From the NCBI GenBank assembly GCA_012800855.1, contig JAAZIN010000098.1, positions 1 to 63,019 of the forward strand: a stretch of 63,019 nucleotides of DNA. Reading direction: 5' to 3'. This document shows, piece by piece, positions 46,741-56,571 of the stretch. How positions within the stretch are numbered: the stretch's first letter is position 1; each line of letters opens with the position of its first letter. Under the pieces are notes generated by a model. That model was not told the DNA's origin and did no database searches. It saw nothing but the letters and a program-made list of their open reading frames with translations. The stretch comes from Bacillota bacterium. GTDB taxonomy: Bacteria > Bacillota > Dethiobacteria > DTU022. The translations under genes and the position numbers were made by a program.

Positions 46741-47967
46741 TTGGTTCGCAAAAATTATCTCGTTGGCATTGATGTTGGCACAACTCAGGTTCGGGTCATT
46801 GTCGGTGAACCCCGCCCTGACGGAACCATTAGCATCATCGGTCTTGGGCTGTCTCCCTCCCAGGGCATGAAAAAAGGGGTTATCGTTGATCTGGAGTTGA
46901 CCGTAGAAGCCATTGCTTTCGCCGCCGCCGAGGCGGAGCGCATGTGCGGCATGAAGATCGATTCCGCCTGCGTGGGCCTGCCGGCCTTGAACACGGAGCT
47001 CATCCACAACCGCGGCGTGGTGGCGGTGCAGTCCGAGGACCGGGAGATCAGGCCGGAGGACATTGAGAGAGTTTTGCAGGCAGCCCGCGTCATTGCCCTT
47101 CCGCTCGACCGTGAGATCGTGGCGGTGATCCCTCGCGAGTTTATCGTGGACGGCTATGATGGGATCCGCGATCCGGCAGGCATGCTGGGAGTGCGCCTGG
47201 AGGTGGATGCCATGATCGTCACCAGCCCCATCACCTCTCTGCGCAACCTGACCCGCTGTATCAACCGGGCCGGCATCAACGTCTCCGGCATGGTGCTGCA
47301 GCCCTTGGCTGCCGCCGAGGTCTCGCTTACCGACGACGAGAAGGAGCTGGGCGTCTTTCTCGTGGATATCGGCGGGGGCACCACCGACATCGCCCTCTTC
47401 CAGGAGGGGAAGCTGCAGCGGCTGGCCTCGGTGCCCGTGGGAGGGGACCACATTACCAACGACCTGGCCATCGGCCTGCGGACAAGCTTCTTTACGGCGG
47501 AAAATATCAAGATTGAGCACGGCAGCGCTTCACTCGCCGCCTCCGACAGCGAGGAGGAGATCGAGATTAGCAGCGTGGGCAGCAGGGAGCGGCGCCGCGT
47601 CTCGGTGCAGGAGATCAGCCGCTACATTCAGCCGCGGGTCCAGGAGATTTTGCACATTGTCCGCGAAGAGATGATTAAAATGGGCTGGCCCGAGCTGCCC
47701 CCGGCCGGGGTCGTTTTTACCGGCGGCGTCTCCCAGATGAGAGGATTGATCGAACTCGCCGCCCTGGTCTTTGACAGCGACCAGGTGCGGCGGGCGGATT
47801 TTGATTACGTGGGCCTGCAAAATCCCATCTACACCAATGCGGTGGGGCTGCTCTACTATGCCCACAAACAGCAGCCCAGGCTTTACCAGGAGCGCGCAAG
47901 CGGCTACAAGAAGAAGCCGGGATTATGGCAGCGGCTTAAAGACTGGATGAACGAGTACATAGAGTGA
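46741..47967 (+). CDS. ftsA: cell division protein FtsA
   Basis: Actin-fold phosphate motifs GIDVGTT and DIGGGTTD, plus a C-terminal amphipathic tail. Confidence 0.9.
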   Translation: MVRKNYLVGIDVGTTQVRVIVGEPRPDGTISIIGLGLSPSQGMKKGVIVDLELTVEAIAFAAAEAERMCGMKIDSACVGLPALNTELIHNRGVVAVQSEDREIRPEDIERVLQAARVIALPLDREIVAVIPREFIVDGYDGIRDPAGMLGVRLEVDAMIVTSPITSLRNLTRCINRAGINVSGMVLQPLAAAEVSLTDDEKELGVFLVDIGGGTTDIALFQEGKLQRLASVPVGGDHITNDLAIGLRTSFFTAENIKIEHGSASLAASDSEEEIEISSVGSRERRRVSVQEISRYIQPRVQEILHIVREEMIKMGWPELPPAGVVFTGGVSQMRGLIELAALVFDSDQVRRADFDYVGLQNPIYTNAVGLLYYAHKQQPRLYQERASGYKKKPGLWQRLKDWMNEYIE

Positions 47968-47999
47968 AAGGCAGCTTCCGAAGGAGGTGTTCCGGCGAG

Positions 48000-49094
48000 A
48001 TGATCGAGTTTGAAACGGAAAAGCATCAATTCACCTCGATCAAGGTTGTCGGCATTGGGGGCGGCGGTAACAACGCGGTCAACCGGATGATCAGCGCCGG
48101 CCTGAAAGGAGTGGAATTTATCACCGTCAATACCGATGCCCAGGCGCTTCACCTGGTGAGCGGGGGGATAAAACTGCAGATTGGCGAGAAGCTCACCAAG
48201 GGGCTGGGCGCCGGGGCCAACCCGGAAATCGGCCGCCAGGCCGCCGAAGAGAGCCGCGAGCTCATCAAGGAGAACCTGCGCGGCGCGGACATGATCTTCC
48301 TGACAGCGGGAATGGGCGGCGGTACCGGCACCGGGGCCACGCCGGTGATTGCCGAAATTGCCCGGGAACTGGACAGCTCCCCCCTCAAGCGCCCCCTGGT
48401 GGTGGGCGTGGTCACGAAGCCCTTCAGCTTCGAGGGGCGGAAGCGGCAGCGGCAGGCCAGCGAGGGGATTGCCGCCTTGCGCGACAAGGTGGACACCCTG
48501 ATCACCATTCCCAATGACCGCCTCTTCCAGGTCATCGAGAGGAGAACGCCCCTGCTGGAGGCCTTCCGCGTAGTCGACGACGTGCTGCGCCAGGCGGTGC
48601 AGAGCATTTCCGACTTGATCGCCGTTCCCGGCCTGATCAACCTCGATTTTGCCGACATCCGCACGATCATGTCCGAAAAGGGGCCGGCGCTGATGGGCGT
48701 GGGCGAGGGCAGCGGCGAAAACCGCACCGCCGAAGCGGCCCATGCGGCGATCAGCAGCCCCCTGCTGGAAACCTCCATTGAGGGAGCTACCGGCTTGCTC
48801 ATTAACGTAACCGGCGGCCCCGATTTAAGCCTCTTCGAGGTGCAGGAGGCTGCCGATATTGCCAGCAACTCCATCGATCCCAACGCCGTGATCATCTTCG
48901 GGGCGACCATTGACCCGCAGCTCCAGGACCGGGTGCGGGTAACGGTCATTGCCACGGGCTTCAAGGGGAAGCGCCAGCCCCAGCAGCAGGCCTTCCCGGA
49001 AACGGCCTTCAGCGATTATGCCCGCGGCAGGGACATTGATCGCCCCGCCTGGTCCCGCTACCAGGAGCAGGCCGAGAAGATCGCGGAAAATTAA
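48000..49094 (+). CDS. ftsZ: cell division protein FtsZ
   Basis: Tubulin signature [20 protein letters not shown], and [17 protein letters not shown]. The start is set at ATG 48000 with a GGAGGTG RBS. Confidence 0.95.
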   Translation: MIEFETEKHQFTSIKVVGIGGGGNNAVNRMISAGLKGVEFITVNTDAQALHLVSGGIKLQIGEKLTKGLGAGANPEIGRQAAEESRELIKENLRGADMIFLTAGMGGGTGTGATPVIAEIARELDSSPLKRPLVVGVVTKPFSFEGRKRQRQASEGIAALRDKVDTLITIPNDRLFQVIERRTPLLEAFRVVDDVLRQAVQSISDLIAVPGLINLDFADIRTIMSEKGPALMGVGEGSGENRTAEAAHAAISSPLLETSIEGATGLLINVTGGPDLSLFEVQEAADIASNSIDPNAVIIFGATIDPQLQDRVRVTVIATGFKGKRQPQQQAFPETAFSDYARGRDIDRPAWSRYQEQAEKIAEN

Positions 49095-49125
49095 GCCTTT
49101 TCGCCAGGCCGTTTTTTCGCCGGAA

Positions 49126-49156
49126 AACTTCCCCGCAAAAAGGGGAAGTTTTTTTG
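49126..49156 (+). terminator. Rho-independent terminator after ftsZ
   Basis: AACTTCCCC-gcaaaaa-GGGGAAGTT stem followed by a T-run. Confidence 0.8.
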
Positions 49157-49187
49157 TCACATAATTTGGCTTCCTCCCCCCCAAACT

Positions 49188-49220
49188 GCGACAGACTTCT
49201 GCCCCGCCGCCGCTTATACT
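49188..49220 (+). promoter_or_regulatory. candidate spoIIG-type promoter with an over-long spacer and a Spo0A-box-like -35 region
   Basis: GCGACA-21 nt-TATACT. GCGACA resembles the reverse 0A box (TTCGACA), and TGTCACA at 49155-49161 is a second 0A-like element. Confidence 0.35.
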
Positions 49221-49278
49221 AGGACATATCCATGGAGGACCGGTCATATATATCTAAGAACAAGCCCCTCCCGGCGGG

Positions 49279-50160
49279 GTGCAGGGAATGTATCTCGACC
49301 TTCTTTTCCTTCTCAACCTGGTGGTGCATTACTTTCTGCTGCTGTTCACGGCCAGGCTCTTTCACCGCCAGGCGGCTTGCGGGCGGCTGCTGGGCGGGGC
49401 GGCGCTGGGGGCCATGGCGGTCCTGATGGTGCCCTTGCAGCTTCCGCCGTGGTTTAACGCCGCTGTCATCCTGGCCGCGCCCCTGCTGATGATCTTCATC
49501 GCCTTCTGGCCGCTGCGCCCGCTGGAGACGCTCTCTTTCTGGGGGGCTTTCTTCCTCGCCTCCTTCACCCTGGCCGGCGCTCTCACCGCCCTGCTCAGCC
49601 TTGACCTCCCCCGTCGCCTCTTCAGGTTTACCGGCGGCCTGCTTTTGGTTGCCGGCGTCTGCCTGGCCCTTTATCTTCTCTTCGGCCTGCTGAGGCCCAT
49701 CCTTGAAGACAAAAAATGGCAAAAGCTATGGCAGGCGGAGCTGCTGGTGGCCTGGCGGGGCAAGGAAAAGGCCGTGCCGGCCTTCCTGGACACGGGAAAC
49801 AGGCTCCGCGACCCCTTTACCGGCTCCCCGGTGATCATCGTGGACTACCGCAGCCTGGAGGGGCTGCTGCCGCCGCAGGTCTACCGCTGCCTCGCCGACG
49901 AGGCGGCGGAGCCCTGGAGCGCCCTTGAGCAGCTGCCCGACCCGGCGCTGGTGCGCTCTTTCACCCTCATTCCCTGCCGGGGCCTCTCTCGCCGCGGCGA
50001 GCTCCTGCTGGGCTTCAGGCCCGACGCCGTGGCTTTTCTCGAAGACGGCCGGAGCCGGCCGCTGGGGGTGCAGGTCTATTTGGGGTTGACCCGGCAAGGC
50101 TTTGGACCGGCGGCGGAATACCGGGCCCTCCTTCCGCCGGAGCTGCTGCGCACCGGCTAG
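49279..50160 (+). CDS. spoIIGA: sigma-E processing peptidase SpoIIGA
   Basis: Five N-terminal TM helices, then the aspartic protease motif AFLDTGNRLRDP. The start could be GTG 49279 or ATG 49288. Confidence 0.9.
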   Translation: MQGMYLDLLFLLNLVVHYFLLLFTARLFHRQAACGRLLGGAALGAMAVLMVPLQLPPWFNAAVILAAPLLMIFIAFWPLRPLETLSFWGAFFLASFTLAGALTALLSLDLPRRLFRFTGGLLLVAGVCLALYLLFGLLRPILEDKKWQKLWQAELLVAWRGKEKAVPAFLDTGNRLRDPFTGSPVIIVDYRSLEGLLPPQVYRCLADEAAEPWSALEQLPDPALVRSFTLIPCRGLSRRGELLLGFRPDAVAFLEDGRSRPLGVQVYLGLTRQGFGPAAEYRALLPPELLRTG

Positions 50161-50184
50161 CGTTAATTACTGGAGGTGGCATGA

Positions 50185-50916
50185 ATGAAAAGAAAGAGGC
50201 TGTTCATCCTGGGCTTGAAGCTGGCCTATCTTCGCCTGAGGCGGGCGCTGGGCCTGGATTATCTTGACTACATTTACTACGTGAGCAGCAGCGAGGCGCT
50301 CCCCCCGCCGCTGAGCATGGAGGAGGAGGGCTACCTGCTGGAGAAGCTGAAGAAGGGCGACGGGGCCGTGCGCACCATCCTCATCGAGCGCAACCTGCGC
50401 CTGGTAGTATACATCGCCAGGAAATTCGAAAATACGGGGATCAATATAGATGACCTCGTCTCCATCGGCACCATCGGCCTGATCAAGGCCGTCAATACCT
50501 TCGATCCCCACAAGAACATCAAGCTGGCCACCTATGCCTCCAAGTGCATAGAAAACGAGATCCTCATGTTTTTGCGGCGCAATAACCGGGTGCGGAGCGA
50601 GATCTCTTTCGACGAACCGCTGAACGTGGATTGGGACGGCAACGAGCTCCTTCTTTCCGATGTTCTCGGCACCGAGAGCGACCTGGTGTTAAAAAATATT
50701 GAAAAAGAGGTGGAGCGGAAGCTGCTCTACCTGGCCATGGATAAGCTGAGCCCGCGGGAGCGGCGGATCATGGAGCTGCGCTTCGGGCTCATCAACGGCG
50801 TGGAAAAAACCCAGAAAGAGGTGGCCGAGCTGCTGGGGATCTCCCAATCCTACATCTCCAGGCTGGAGAAGCGGATTATCAAGCGGCTGCAGCGCGAGAT
50901 CCGGAAGATGGAATAG
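50185..50916 (+). CDS. sigE: RNA polymerase sporulation sigma factor SigE (pro-sigma-E)
   Basis: N-terminal pro-sequence ([15 protein letters not shown]...[13 protein letters not shown]), then sigma-70 regions 2 to 4 ([36 protein letters not shown]). Confidence 0.9.
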   Translation: MKRKRLFILGLKLAYLRLRRALGLDYLDYIYYVSSSEALPPPLSMEEEGYLLEKLKKGDGAVRTILIERNLRLVVYIARKFENTGINIDDLVSIGTIGLIKAVNTFDPHKNIKLATYASKCIENEILMFLRRNNRVRSEISFDEPLNVDWDGNELLLSDVLGTESDLVLKNIEKEVERKLLYLAMDKLSPRERRIMELRFGLINGVEKTQKEVAELLGISQSYISRLEKRIIKRLQREIRKME

Positions 50917-50943
50917 GCGCCAGCAACCCCCTGCCGCCGGGCG

Positions 50944-50972
50944 GTATAAAATGAGCCCCCGGGGAGATACTT
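50944..50972 (+). promoter_or_regulatory. forespore (sigma-F/G type) promoter upstream of sigG
   Basis: GTATA-14 nt-GGAGATACT resembles the sigma-F consensus (GywTA ... GGnnAnAnT). Confidence 0.45.
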
Positions 50973-51007
50973 TAGTTATCTCTCAAGAGCTGCGAGGGGC
51001 GAAAGCA

Positions 51008-51778
51008 TTGAACAAGGTGGAAATTTGCGGCGTCAACACGTCCAAGCTTCCAGTGCTGAAGAACAAGACCATGCGGCAGCTGTTTGAGGCCATGCAGAAA
51101 GGAGACCGGCAGGCGCGGGAGAAGCTTATCAGCGGCAACCTGCGGCTGGTTCTCAGCGTGATCCAGCGCTTCAACAACCGGGGCGAATACGTGGACGACC
51201 TTTTCCAGGTGGGCTGCATCGGCCTGATCAAGGCCATCGACAACTTTGACCTGAAGCAGAATGTGAAGTTTTCCACCTATGCCGTGCCTATGATTATCGG
51301 GGAGATCCGGCGCTATCTCCGGGACAACAACCCCATTCGCGTCAGCCGCTCCCTGCGCGATATCGCCTACAAGGTCCTGCAGGCCAGGGATGCGCTGGCC
51401 AACAGGTTTTCCCGCGAGCCTTCCATCGGTGAAATTGCCGCCGAGTTGAACCTGAAATCGGAGGAGATTGTCAACGCTCTGGAGGCAATCCAGGAGCCGG
51501 TCTCCCTTTTCGAGCCCATTTACCATGACGGGGGCGATCCCATCTTTGTCATGGACCAGATTGGCGACGAGAAGAACAACGATGAGCGCTGGCTGGAGAT
51601 CCTGGCCATAAAGGAGGCCATGACCCGGCTCAGCGAGAGGGAGAAGATGATCCTGACCATGCGCTTCTACCGGGGGAAGACGCAAATGGAGGTGGCCGAC
51701 GAGATCGGCATCTCGCAGGCCCAGGTTTCCCGCCTGGAGAAGGCCGCCCTGGGCCACCTGCGGAAACACGTGCAGTAG
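51008..51778 (+). CDS. sigG: RNA polymerase sporulation sigma factor SigG
   Basis: The N-terminus NKVEICGVNTSKLPVLK is diagnostic of SigG, and regions 2 to 4 are conserved. The start is set at TTG 51008 with a GAGGGG RBS. Confidence 0.9.
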   Translation: MNKVEICGVNTSKLPVLKNKTMRQLFEAMQKGDRQAREKLISGNLRLVLSVIQRFNNRGEYVDDLFQVGCIGLIKAIDNFDLKQNVKFSTYAVPMIIGEIRRYLRDNNPIRVSRSLRDIAYKVLQARDALANRFSREPSIGEIAAELNLKSEEIVNALEAIQEPVSLFEPIYHDGGDPIFVMDQIGDEKNNDERWLEILAIKEAMTRLSEREKMILTMRFYRGKTQMEVADEIGISQAQVSRLEKAALGHLRKHVQ

Positions 51779-51790
51779 GAGGGCAGGAAA

Positions 51791-51931
51791 ATGCGTGGGC
51801 GAAGCATCCTCCTGGCGCTGCTGGCACTGCTGGCGGGCGCGCTCATGTACTGCCTGGTTTTCTCGCCCCAGCCGGTGATCGCCTACAACCCTGACAACCT
51901 CATCATGCCTGAAGAGGCCGCCCTCAAGTAG
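51791..51931 (+). CDS. 46-aa single-TM microprotein (below the ORF-track length cut-off)
   Basis: ATG 51791 lies 8 nt after an AGGAGGG RBS and 13 nt after the sigG stop. My own translation gives MRGRSILLALLALLAGALMYCLVFSPQPVIAYNPDNLIMPEEAALK*. Confidence 0.5.
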   Translation: MRGRSILLALLALLAGALMYCLVFSPQPVIAYNPDNLIMPEEAALK

Positions 51932-52054
51932 CGTAAACCCCGTCTCCTCTCCCCAAAGGGGATGCCAGGGACGGACCTCGTTGTCCCGCTTTCTGCCGGG
52001 GAGCGGCGGCTGGCTGCGCGTGCTGGCCCTGTTGACGATTGGCGCAACGTGGAA

Positions 52055-52083
52055 TTGCCTGGGAGCGGTGGAGGGCGTATAAT
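52055..52083 (+). promoter_or_regulatory. sigma-A type promoter upstream of ymxH
   Basis: TTGCCT-17 nt-TATAAT. Confidence 0.45.
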
Positions 52084-52115
52084 AGAGCAGAGGAAGCGCC
52101 GGGAGGAGAGAAAGG

Positions 52116-52358
52116 TTGATCAGAGTCAGCGAATTGCGGGAGCGCGATGTGGTCAATGTCAACGACGGGCGCAGGCTGGGGTTGATCAAGGACCTGGAGC
52201 TTGACCTGGAAAAGGGCGCAATTAAAGCGATCATTGTACCGGCGGCAGGAGGAGTCTGGGGGAAGCTGTCCCGCGCCAAGGATTATTACATTCCCTGGGA
52301 GAAAATTGTCAAAATTGGCGTCGATACCATCCTTGTCGATCATCCCGTGGCGGAGTAG
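52116..52358 (+). CDS. ymxH: YlmC/YmxH family sporulation protein (PRC-barrel)
   Basis: 80-aa ORF: the RVSELRERDVVNVNDGRRLG...D.ELDLEKG.I.AIIVP pattern is typical of YlmC/YmxH. GGGAGGAG RBS present. Confidence 0.85.
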   Translation: MIRVSELRERDVVNVNDGRRLGLIKDLELDLEKGAIKAIIVPAAGGVWGKLSRAKDYYIPWEKIVKIGVDTILVDHPVAE

Positions 52359-52387
52359 AGGGCGGGGCAGGGCATGAACAGTGGAAG

Positions 52388-52423
52388 TGGGACAAGGGGG
52401 ACGTACCTGTTTGTCCCATTTTA
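52388..52423 (+). terminator. Rho-independent terminator after ymxH
   Basis: TGGGACAA-15 nt loop-TTGTCCCA stem followed by TTTTAAAT. Confidence 0.55.
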
Positions 52424-52562
52424 AATGCCCTAAGCTTCTCCGAGGGGGCGGAAGGGTGCCTTTCCAGTGCCCCATAACGGCGGCATCCACTTCGCCCAGG
52501 GCTCTCCCTTTTGGAAAAGGGGGAGGATTTTTTTATGCTCTTTTTCCTGATCTATCCTTTAC

Positions 52563-52609
52563 ACACTAGATATTGTGGTTTATAATGATCGCAACACAAT
52601 ATCTAGGCG
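52563..52609 (+). promoter_or_regulatory. two NrdR boxes flanking a TATAAT -10 element
   Basis: ACACTAGATATTGTGG (52563-52578) and ACACAATATCTAGGCG (52594-52609) both fit the 16-bp NrdR-box consensus acaCwAtATaTwGtgt. They are 31 bp apart, with TATAAT at 52581-52586 between them. Confidence 0.7.
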
Positions 52610-52618
52610 GTAGAGACC

Positions 52619-53125
52619 ATGAAATGCCCCTACTGCGGCACCCAGGACAGCCGCGTCCTTGATTCCCGCGCCACCCAGGAAGGCGCCGCCATCAGGCGGC
52701 GGCGAGAGTGCAACAACTGCGGCAAGCGCTTTACCACCATGGAGAAGATCGAGGAAGAGCCGCTGGTGGTGATCAAGCGCGACGGGCGCCGTGAGCTTTT
52801 TGACGGCAGCAAGGTCCTCCGGGGGCTGATCCTGGCCGGCCGCAAGCGCAACATTCCTCTCTCCACCTGGCAGCAGCTTGTGGAAAACCTGGAGCAGGAG
52901 CTGCGCAGCAACTACGCCAGGGAGATCGCCTCCGAAGAGATCGGGGAATACGTGCTGGAAAGGCTGCGCCAGATCGATGAAGTGGCTTACGTCCGCTTCG
53001 CTTCCGTCTACCGCCAGTTTCCCGACATCGAGACCTTCAAGAGAGAGCTCGAGGAGATGCTGCGGCAGAGAAGAGAGGGCAAGCCGCCCCAAGCCGGAAA
53101 AAAGGAGGAGCAGGATAATGGCTGA
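52619..53125 (+). CDS. nrdR: transcriptional repressor NrdR
   Basis: Zn-ribbon MKCPYCG...CNNCGKRFTT followed by an ATP-cone domain. Confidence 0.9.
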   Translation: MKCPYCGTQDSRVLDSRATQEGAAIRRRRECNNCGKRFTTMEKIEEEPLVVIKRDGRRELFDGSKVLRGLILAGRKRNIPLSTWQQLVENLEQELRSNYAREIASEEIGEYVLERLRQIDEVAYVRFASVYRQFPDIETFKRELEEMLRQRREGKPPQAGKKEEQDNG

Positions 53126-55211
53126 GAGTGCCCTTGTGCCCAACGACCAAGCTTTTGAGGAGAATCCCTTCAAGGAGATCCGGAAGCGCGACGGCCGGGT
53201 GGTCCCCTTTGACCCGGTCAAGATTACCGATGCCATATTCAAGGCGGCCCGGGCTGTGGGGGGCAGCAACCGGGAGATTGCCGAAAACCTGACCGTGCAG
53301 GTGATCCGCCACCTGCAGAAAACCGGCTATAACGGCCTAGTTCCCACGGTGGAAGAGGTCCAGGACGCCGTGGAAAAAGTGCTCATTGAAAATGGACATG
53401 CCCGCACGGCCAAGGCGTACATACTTTACCGCGACCGGCGCACTCGCATCCGCGAGGCCAAGTCGGAGCTCATGGACGTGGTCAAGGAGATCCTCGTGGA
53501 AACCAACCGGGAGAACGCCAATATCGGCAACTCGCCCTCGGCCAAGATGCTGCAAATTGCCATGGCCGCAAGCAAAAAATATTACTTGAGCAACCTTTTG
53601 CCGGAGGAATTTGCCGCGGCGCACATGGAGGGCTATTTCCACATCCACGATCTTGACTACTACAGCAAGACCTTGAACTGCCTTCAGATCGACCTGGCCC
53701 GCCTGCTCAGGGAGGGCTTCAACACCGGCTACGGCTACATCCGGCCGCCAAAGCGCATTTCCTCGGCGGCGGCCCAGGCGGCGATTATCCTGCAGAGCAA
53801 CCAGAACGACATGTTCGGGGGGCAGAGCTTTCCCCACTTTGACCGCAGCATGGGCGAGGTGATCCGCGAGGTCCTGAAGGAGAAACCCACGGAAGACGAT
53901 ATATTCCAGGCCATGGAGGCCTTCATTTACAACCTTAACAGCATGCACTCACGCGCGGGCGCCCAGGTGGTCTTCTCGTCCATAAACCTGGGGACCGACA
54001 CCACCGAGGAGGGGAGGGCGGTGACCAGGGCCGTCCTGGAGGCCTTCTACCGGGGCCTGGGCCGCGGTGAGAACCCCATCTTCCCCAACCTTGTCTTCCG
54101 GGTCAAGGAGAGGGTCAATTTTAACCCGGGGGATCCCAACTACGATCTCTACCGCCTGGCCTTGAAGGTGGCGGCGCGCCGCATGAACCCCACTTTCAGC
54201 TTCATGGACAGCAGCTTCAACCGCCAGTACGGCGACGAGGTGGCCTACATGGGCTGCCGCAGCCGGGTTATCGGCAACCGCCACGGCCCCGAGGTGTCGG
54301 CCGGGCGGGGCAACTTTGCCTTTACCACGCTGAACCTGCCCCGCCTGGCCTTTGAAAGCCGCGGCGTGCAGGAGCTTTTCTTCGTCGAGCTGGACCGCAT
54401 GCTCCGCCTTGCCGCCCGCCAGCTGCTGCACCGCTTTGAAATAATCTCCCGGCTGCGGGTGAGGGACCTCCCCTTCTTAATGGGGCAGAAGCTCTACATG
54501 GGCTCGGAGAAGCTGGGCCCCGACGACACCATCGGCGAGGCCATCAAGCACAGCACCCTGGCCATTGGCTTTATCGGCCTGGCCGAAACGCTGCTTCTGC
54601 TCATTGGGAAGCATCATGGCGAAGACGAGGAGGCGCTTCAGCTGGGGCTGCAGATCGTCGACCACATGCGCCGGCGCTGCGATCAGTTCAGCGACGAGTA
54701 CGACCTCAATTTCACCCTGCTGGCCACGCCCGCGGAGGGGCTCTCCGGCCGCTTCGTAAAAATAGACCGGGAGCGCTTTGGGGTGGTGCCGGGAATCACC
54801 GACAAGGAGTACTATACTAACTCCTTCCACCTGCCGGTGAACTATGCCATCTCCATTGCCGACAAGCTCGGGATCGAAGGCCGCTTCCACCGCTACTGCA
54901 ACGCCGGCCACATCAGCTACGTGGAGCTGGAGGCGCCGCCGCTGCACAACATCGAGGCGGTGGACCGCATTGTGCGCTGCATGGCCGCATCGGACGTGGG
55001 CTACGGCGGGATCAACTTTCCCATCGACGAATGCCGCGCCTGCGCCTTCAGCGGCGTCTTCAGCGACAGCTGCCCCCAGTGCGGCAGCAGCGACATCCGG
55101 AGAATACGCCGCATCACCGGCTATCTCTCCACCGACGACCGCTTCAACGAGGCAAAAAAATACGAGCTGAGAAACAGGCGGCCCCACTTTATGCCGCGTG
55201 AGGGGCAATGA
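53118..55211 (+). CDS. nrdD: anaerobic ribonucleoside-triphosphate reductase (class III)
   Basis: N-terminal ATP-cone ([12 protein letters not shown]), a C-terminal Zn site (CRAC...CPQCG) and the glycyl-radical motif [11 protein letters not shown] 53118 has an AAAGGAGGAG RBS and overlaps the nrdR stop by 8 nt. Confidence 0.9.
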   Translation: MAESALVPNDQAFEENPFKEIRKRDGRVVPFDPVKITDAIFKAARAVGGSNREIAENLTVQVIRHLQKTGYNGLVPTVEEVQDAVEKVLIENGHARTAKAYILYRDRRTRIREAKSELMDVVKEILVETNRENANIGNSPSAKMLQIAMAASKKYYLSNLLPEEFAAAHMEGYFHIHDLDYYSKTLNCLQIDLARLLREGFNTGYGYIRPPKRISSAAAQAAIILQSNQNDMFGGQSFPHFDRSMGEVIREVLKEKPTEDDIFQAMEAFIYNLNSMHSRAGAQVVFSSINLGTDTTEEGRAVTRAVLEAFYRGLGRGENPIFPNLVFRVKERVNFNPGDPNYDLYRLALKVAARRMNPTFSFMDSSFNRQYGDEVAYMGCRSRVIGNRHGPEVSAGRGNFAFTTLNLPRLAFESRGVQELFFVELDRMLRLAARQLLHRFEIISRLRVRDLPFLMGQKLYMGSEKLGPDDTIGEAIKHSTLAIGFIGLAETLLLLIGKHHGEDEEALQLGLQIVDHMRRRCDQFSDEYDLNFTLLATPAEGLSGRFVKIDRERFGVVPGITDKEYYTNSFHLPVNYAISIADKLGIEGRFHRYCNAGHISYVELEAPPLHNIEAVDRIVRCMAASDVGYGGINFPIDECRACAFSGVFSDSCPQCGSSDIRRIRRITGYLSTDDRFNEAKKYELRNRRPHFMPREGQ

Positions 55212-55711
55212 AGCTGCGCCTGGCCGGGATAGTCCCCGAGTCCATTGTCGACGGTCCGGGAATTCGCCTCGCCATATTCTTCCAGGGCTGCCCGCACCGC
55301 TGCCCCGGCTGCCACAACCCGGAGACCCACGACCCCGCGGGGGGGATGGAGGTGGAGGCGGCGGAGCTGCTGCGCCGAATCAGGGAAGCGCGGGGGATTG
55401 ACGGGGTGACCTTTTCGGGCGGTGAGCCCTTCGAGCAGGCGGCGGCCCTGGCCGGCCTGGCGGAGGAGATCCGCCGCCTCGGGCTGGACCTGGTTCTTTA
55501 CAGCGGCTACACCTTCGAGGCCCTGCTCCAAAAAGGTGAAAAGGAGCCCCATGTGCGCCGCCTGCTGGAGGCGGGACGGCTGCTGGTTGACGGGCCCTAC
55601 ATGGAGGCGGAACGCGATCTCACCCTGCCCTATCGCGGCTCCCGCAACCAGCGGCTCATTGACCTGCCCCGCTCCCTGGCCGCGGGGGCCGCGGTGGAGT
55701 GGGAAGCATGA
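55208..55711 (+). CDS. nrdG: anaerobic ribonucleotide reductase activating protein (radical SAM)
   Basis: CxxxCxxC cluster motif [11 protein letters not shown], plus GVTFSGGEP. Confidence 0.9.
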   Translation: MKLRLAGIVPESIVDGPGIRLAIFFQGCPHRCPGCHNPETHDPAGGMEVEAAELLRRIREARGIDGVTFSGGEPFEQAAALAGLAEEIRRLGLDLVLYSGYTFEALLQKGEKEPHVRRLLEAGRLLVDGPYMEAERDLTLPYRGSRNQRLIDLPRSLAAGAAVEWEA

Positions 55712-56571
55712 GCGCGGAAGCGGGCAGGGGCTTTCAGCTTTACCGCCGCGGGGAGCTGCAGTACCTGCAGGCGCCGCTGCTGGAGCGGAGCGGCCTGGCG
55801 GTTCATGCCTTCTCCACCCGCCGGGGGGGCTGCAGCGAGGGGGTGCTGGCCACCCTTAACACGGCCTTCCACACCGGCGACGAATACGAGCGCGTTTGGG
55901 AGAACAGGCGGCGCTTTCTCGAACCCTGGGGCTTCCGGCCGGAGGATGTGGTCGCCGCCATCCAGGTGCACGGGGTGGGGATACGCGAGGCCGGCGCGGC
56001 GGACCGCGGCCGCGGCGCCGCCCCGCGCAGCTTCCTGGGCGAAGGCGACGCCCTCATCACGGCGGTGCCGGGACTGCCGCTCACCGGTTACGCTGCCGAC
56101 TGCCTGCTTCTTTTCCTCCTGGCTCCCGATGTGCCGGCGGTGGCCCTGGCCCATGCCGGCTGGCGGGGCACGCGGCAAAACATGGCCGGGCGGGTGGTGG
56201 CGGCGCTGCAGCAGCGCTACGGGGCCGAACCCGCGGCCATGCTGGCGGTCATCAGCCCGGGCATCTGCGGACGCTGCTATACCGTGGATGGCAGCGTGGC
56301 CGGGCAGTTCATCGAGGCCGGCTGGGAGGGGCGGCCGTACCTCTGGCAGGCTGCCGGCGATGCCTTCCACCTGGACCTGGCGGCAATAAACGAGGCCCAG
56401 CTGCGGCGCGCCGGGATAAGGGAGGAAAACCTCGCACCCGGCGGGCGCTGGTGCACCTCCTGCCGCCCCGACCTCTTCTACTCCTACCGGCGCGAAAAGG
56501 GGAAGACGGGGCGGATGATGGGCTTCATTGCCCTGCGAGAGGTCGCCGCCGGAGAGGTGAGCGTCAGTTGA
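55699..56571 (+). CDS. pgeF: peptidoglycan editing factor PgeF (YlmD/YfiH, DUF152)
   Basis: Conserved His/Cys site elements: [22 protein letters not shown], and C..C...FYSYRR at the C-terminus. Confidence 0.85.
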   Translation: MGSMSAEAGRGFQLYRRGELQYLQAPLLERSGLAVHAFSTRRGGCSEGVLATLNTAFHTGDEYERVWENRRRFLEPWGFRPEDVVAAIQVHGVGIREAGAADRGRGAAPRSFLGEGDALITAVPGLPLTGYAADCLLLFLLAPDVPAVALAHAGWRGTRQNMAGRVVAALQQRYGAEPAAMLAVISPGICGRCYTVDGSVAGQFIEAGWEGRPYLWQAAGDAFHLDLAAINEAQLRRAGIREENLAPGGRWCTSCRPDLFYSYRREKGKTGRMMGFIALREVAAGEVSVS

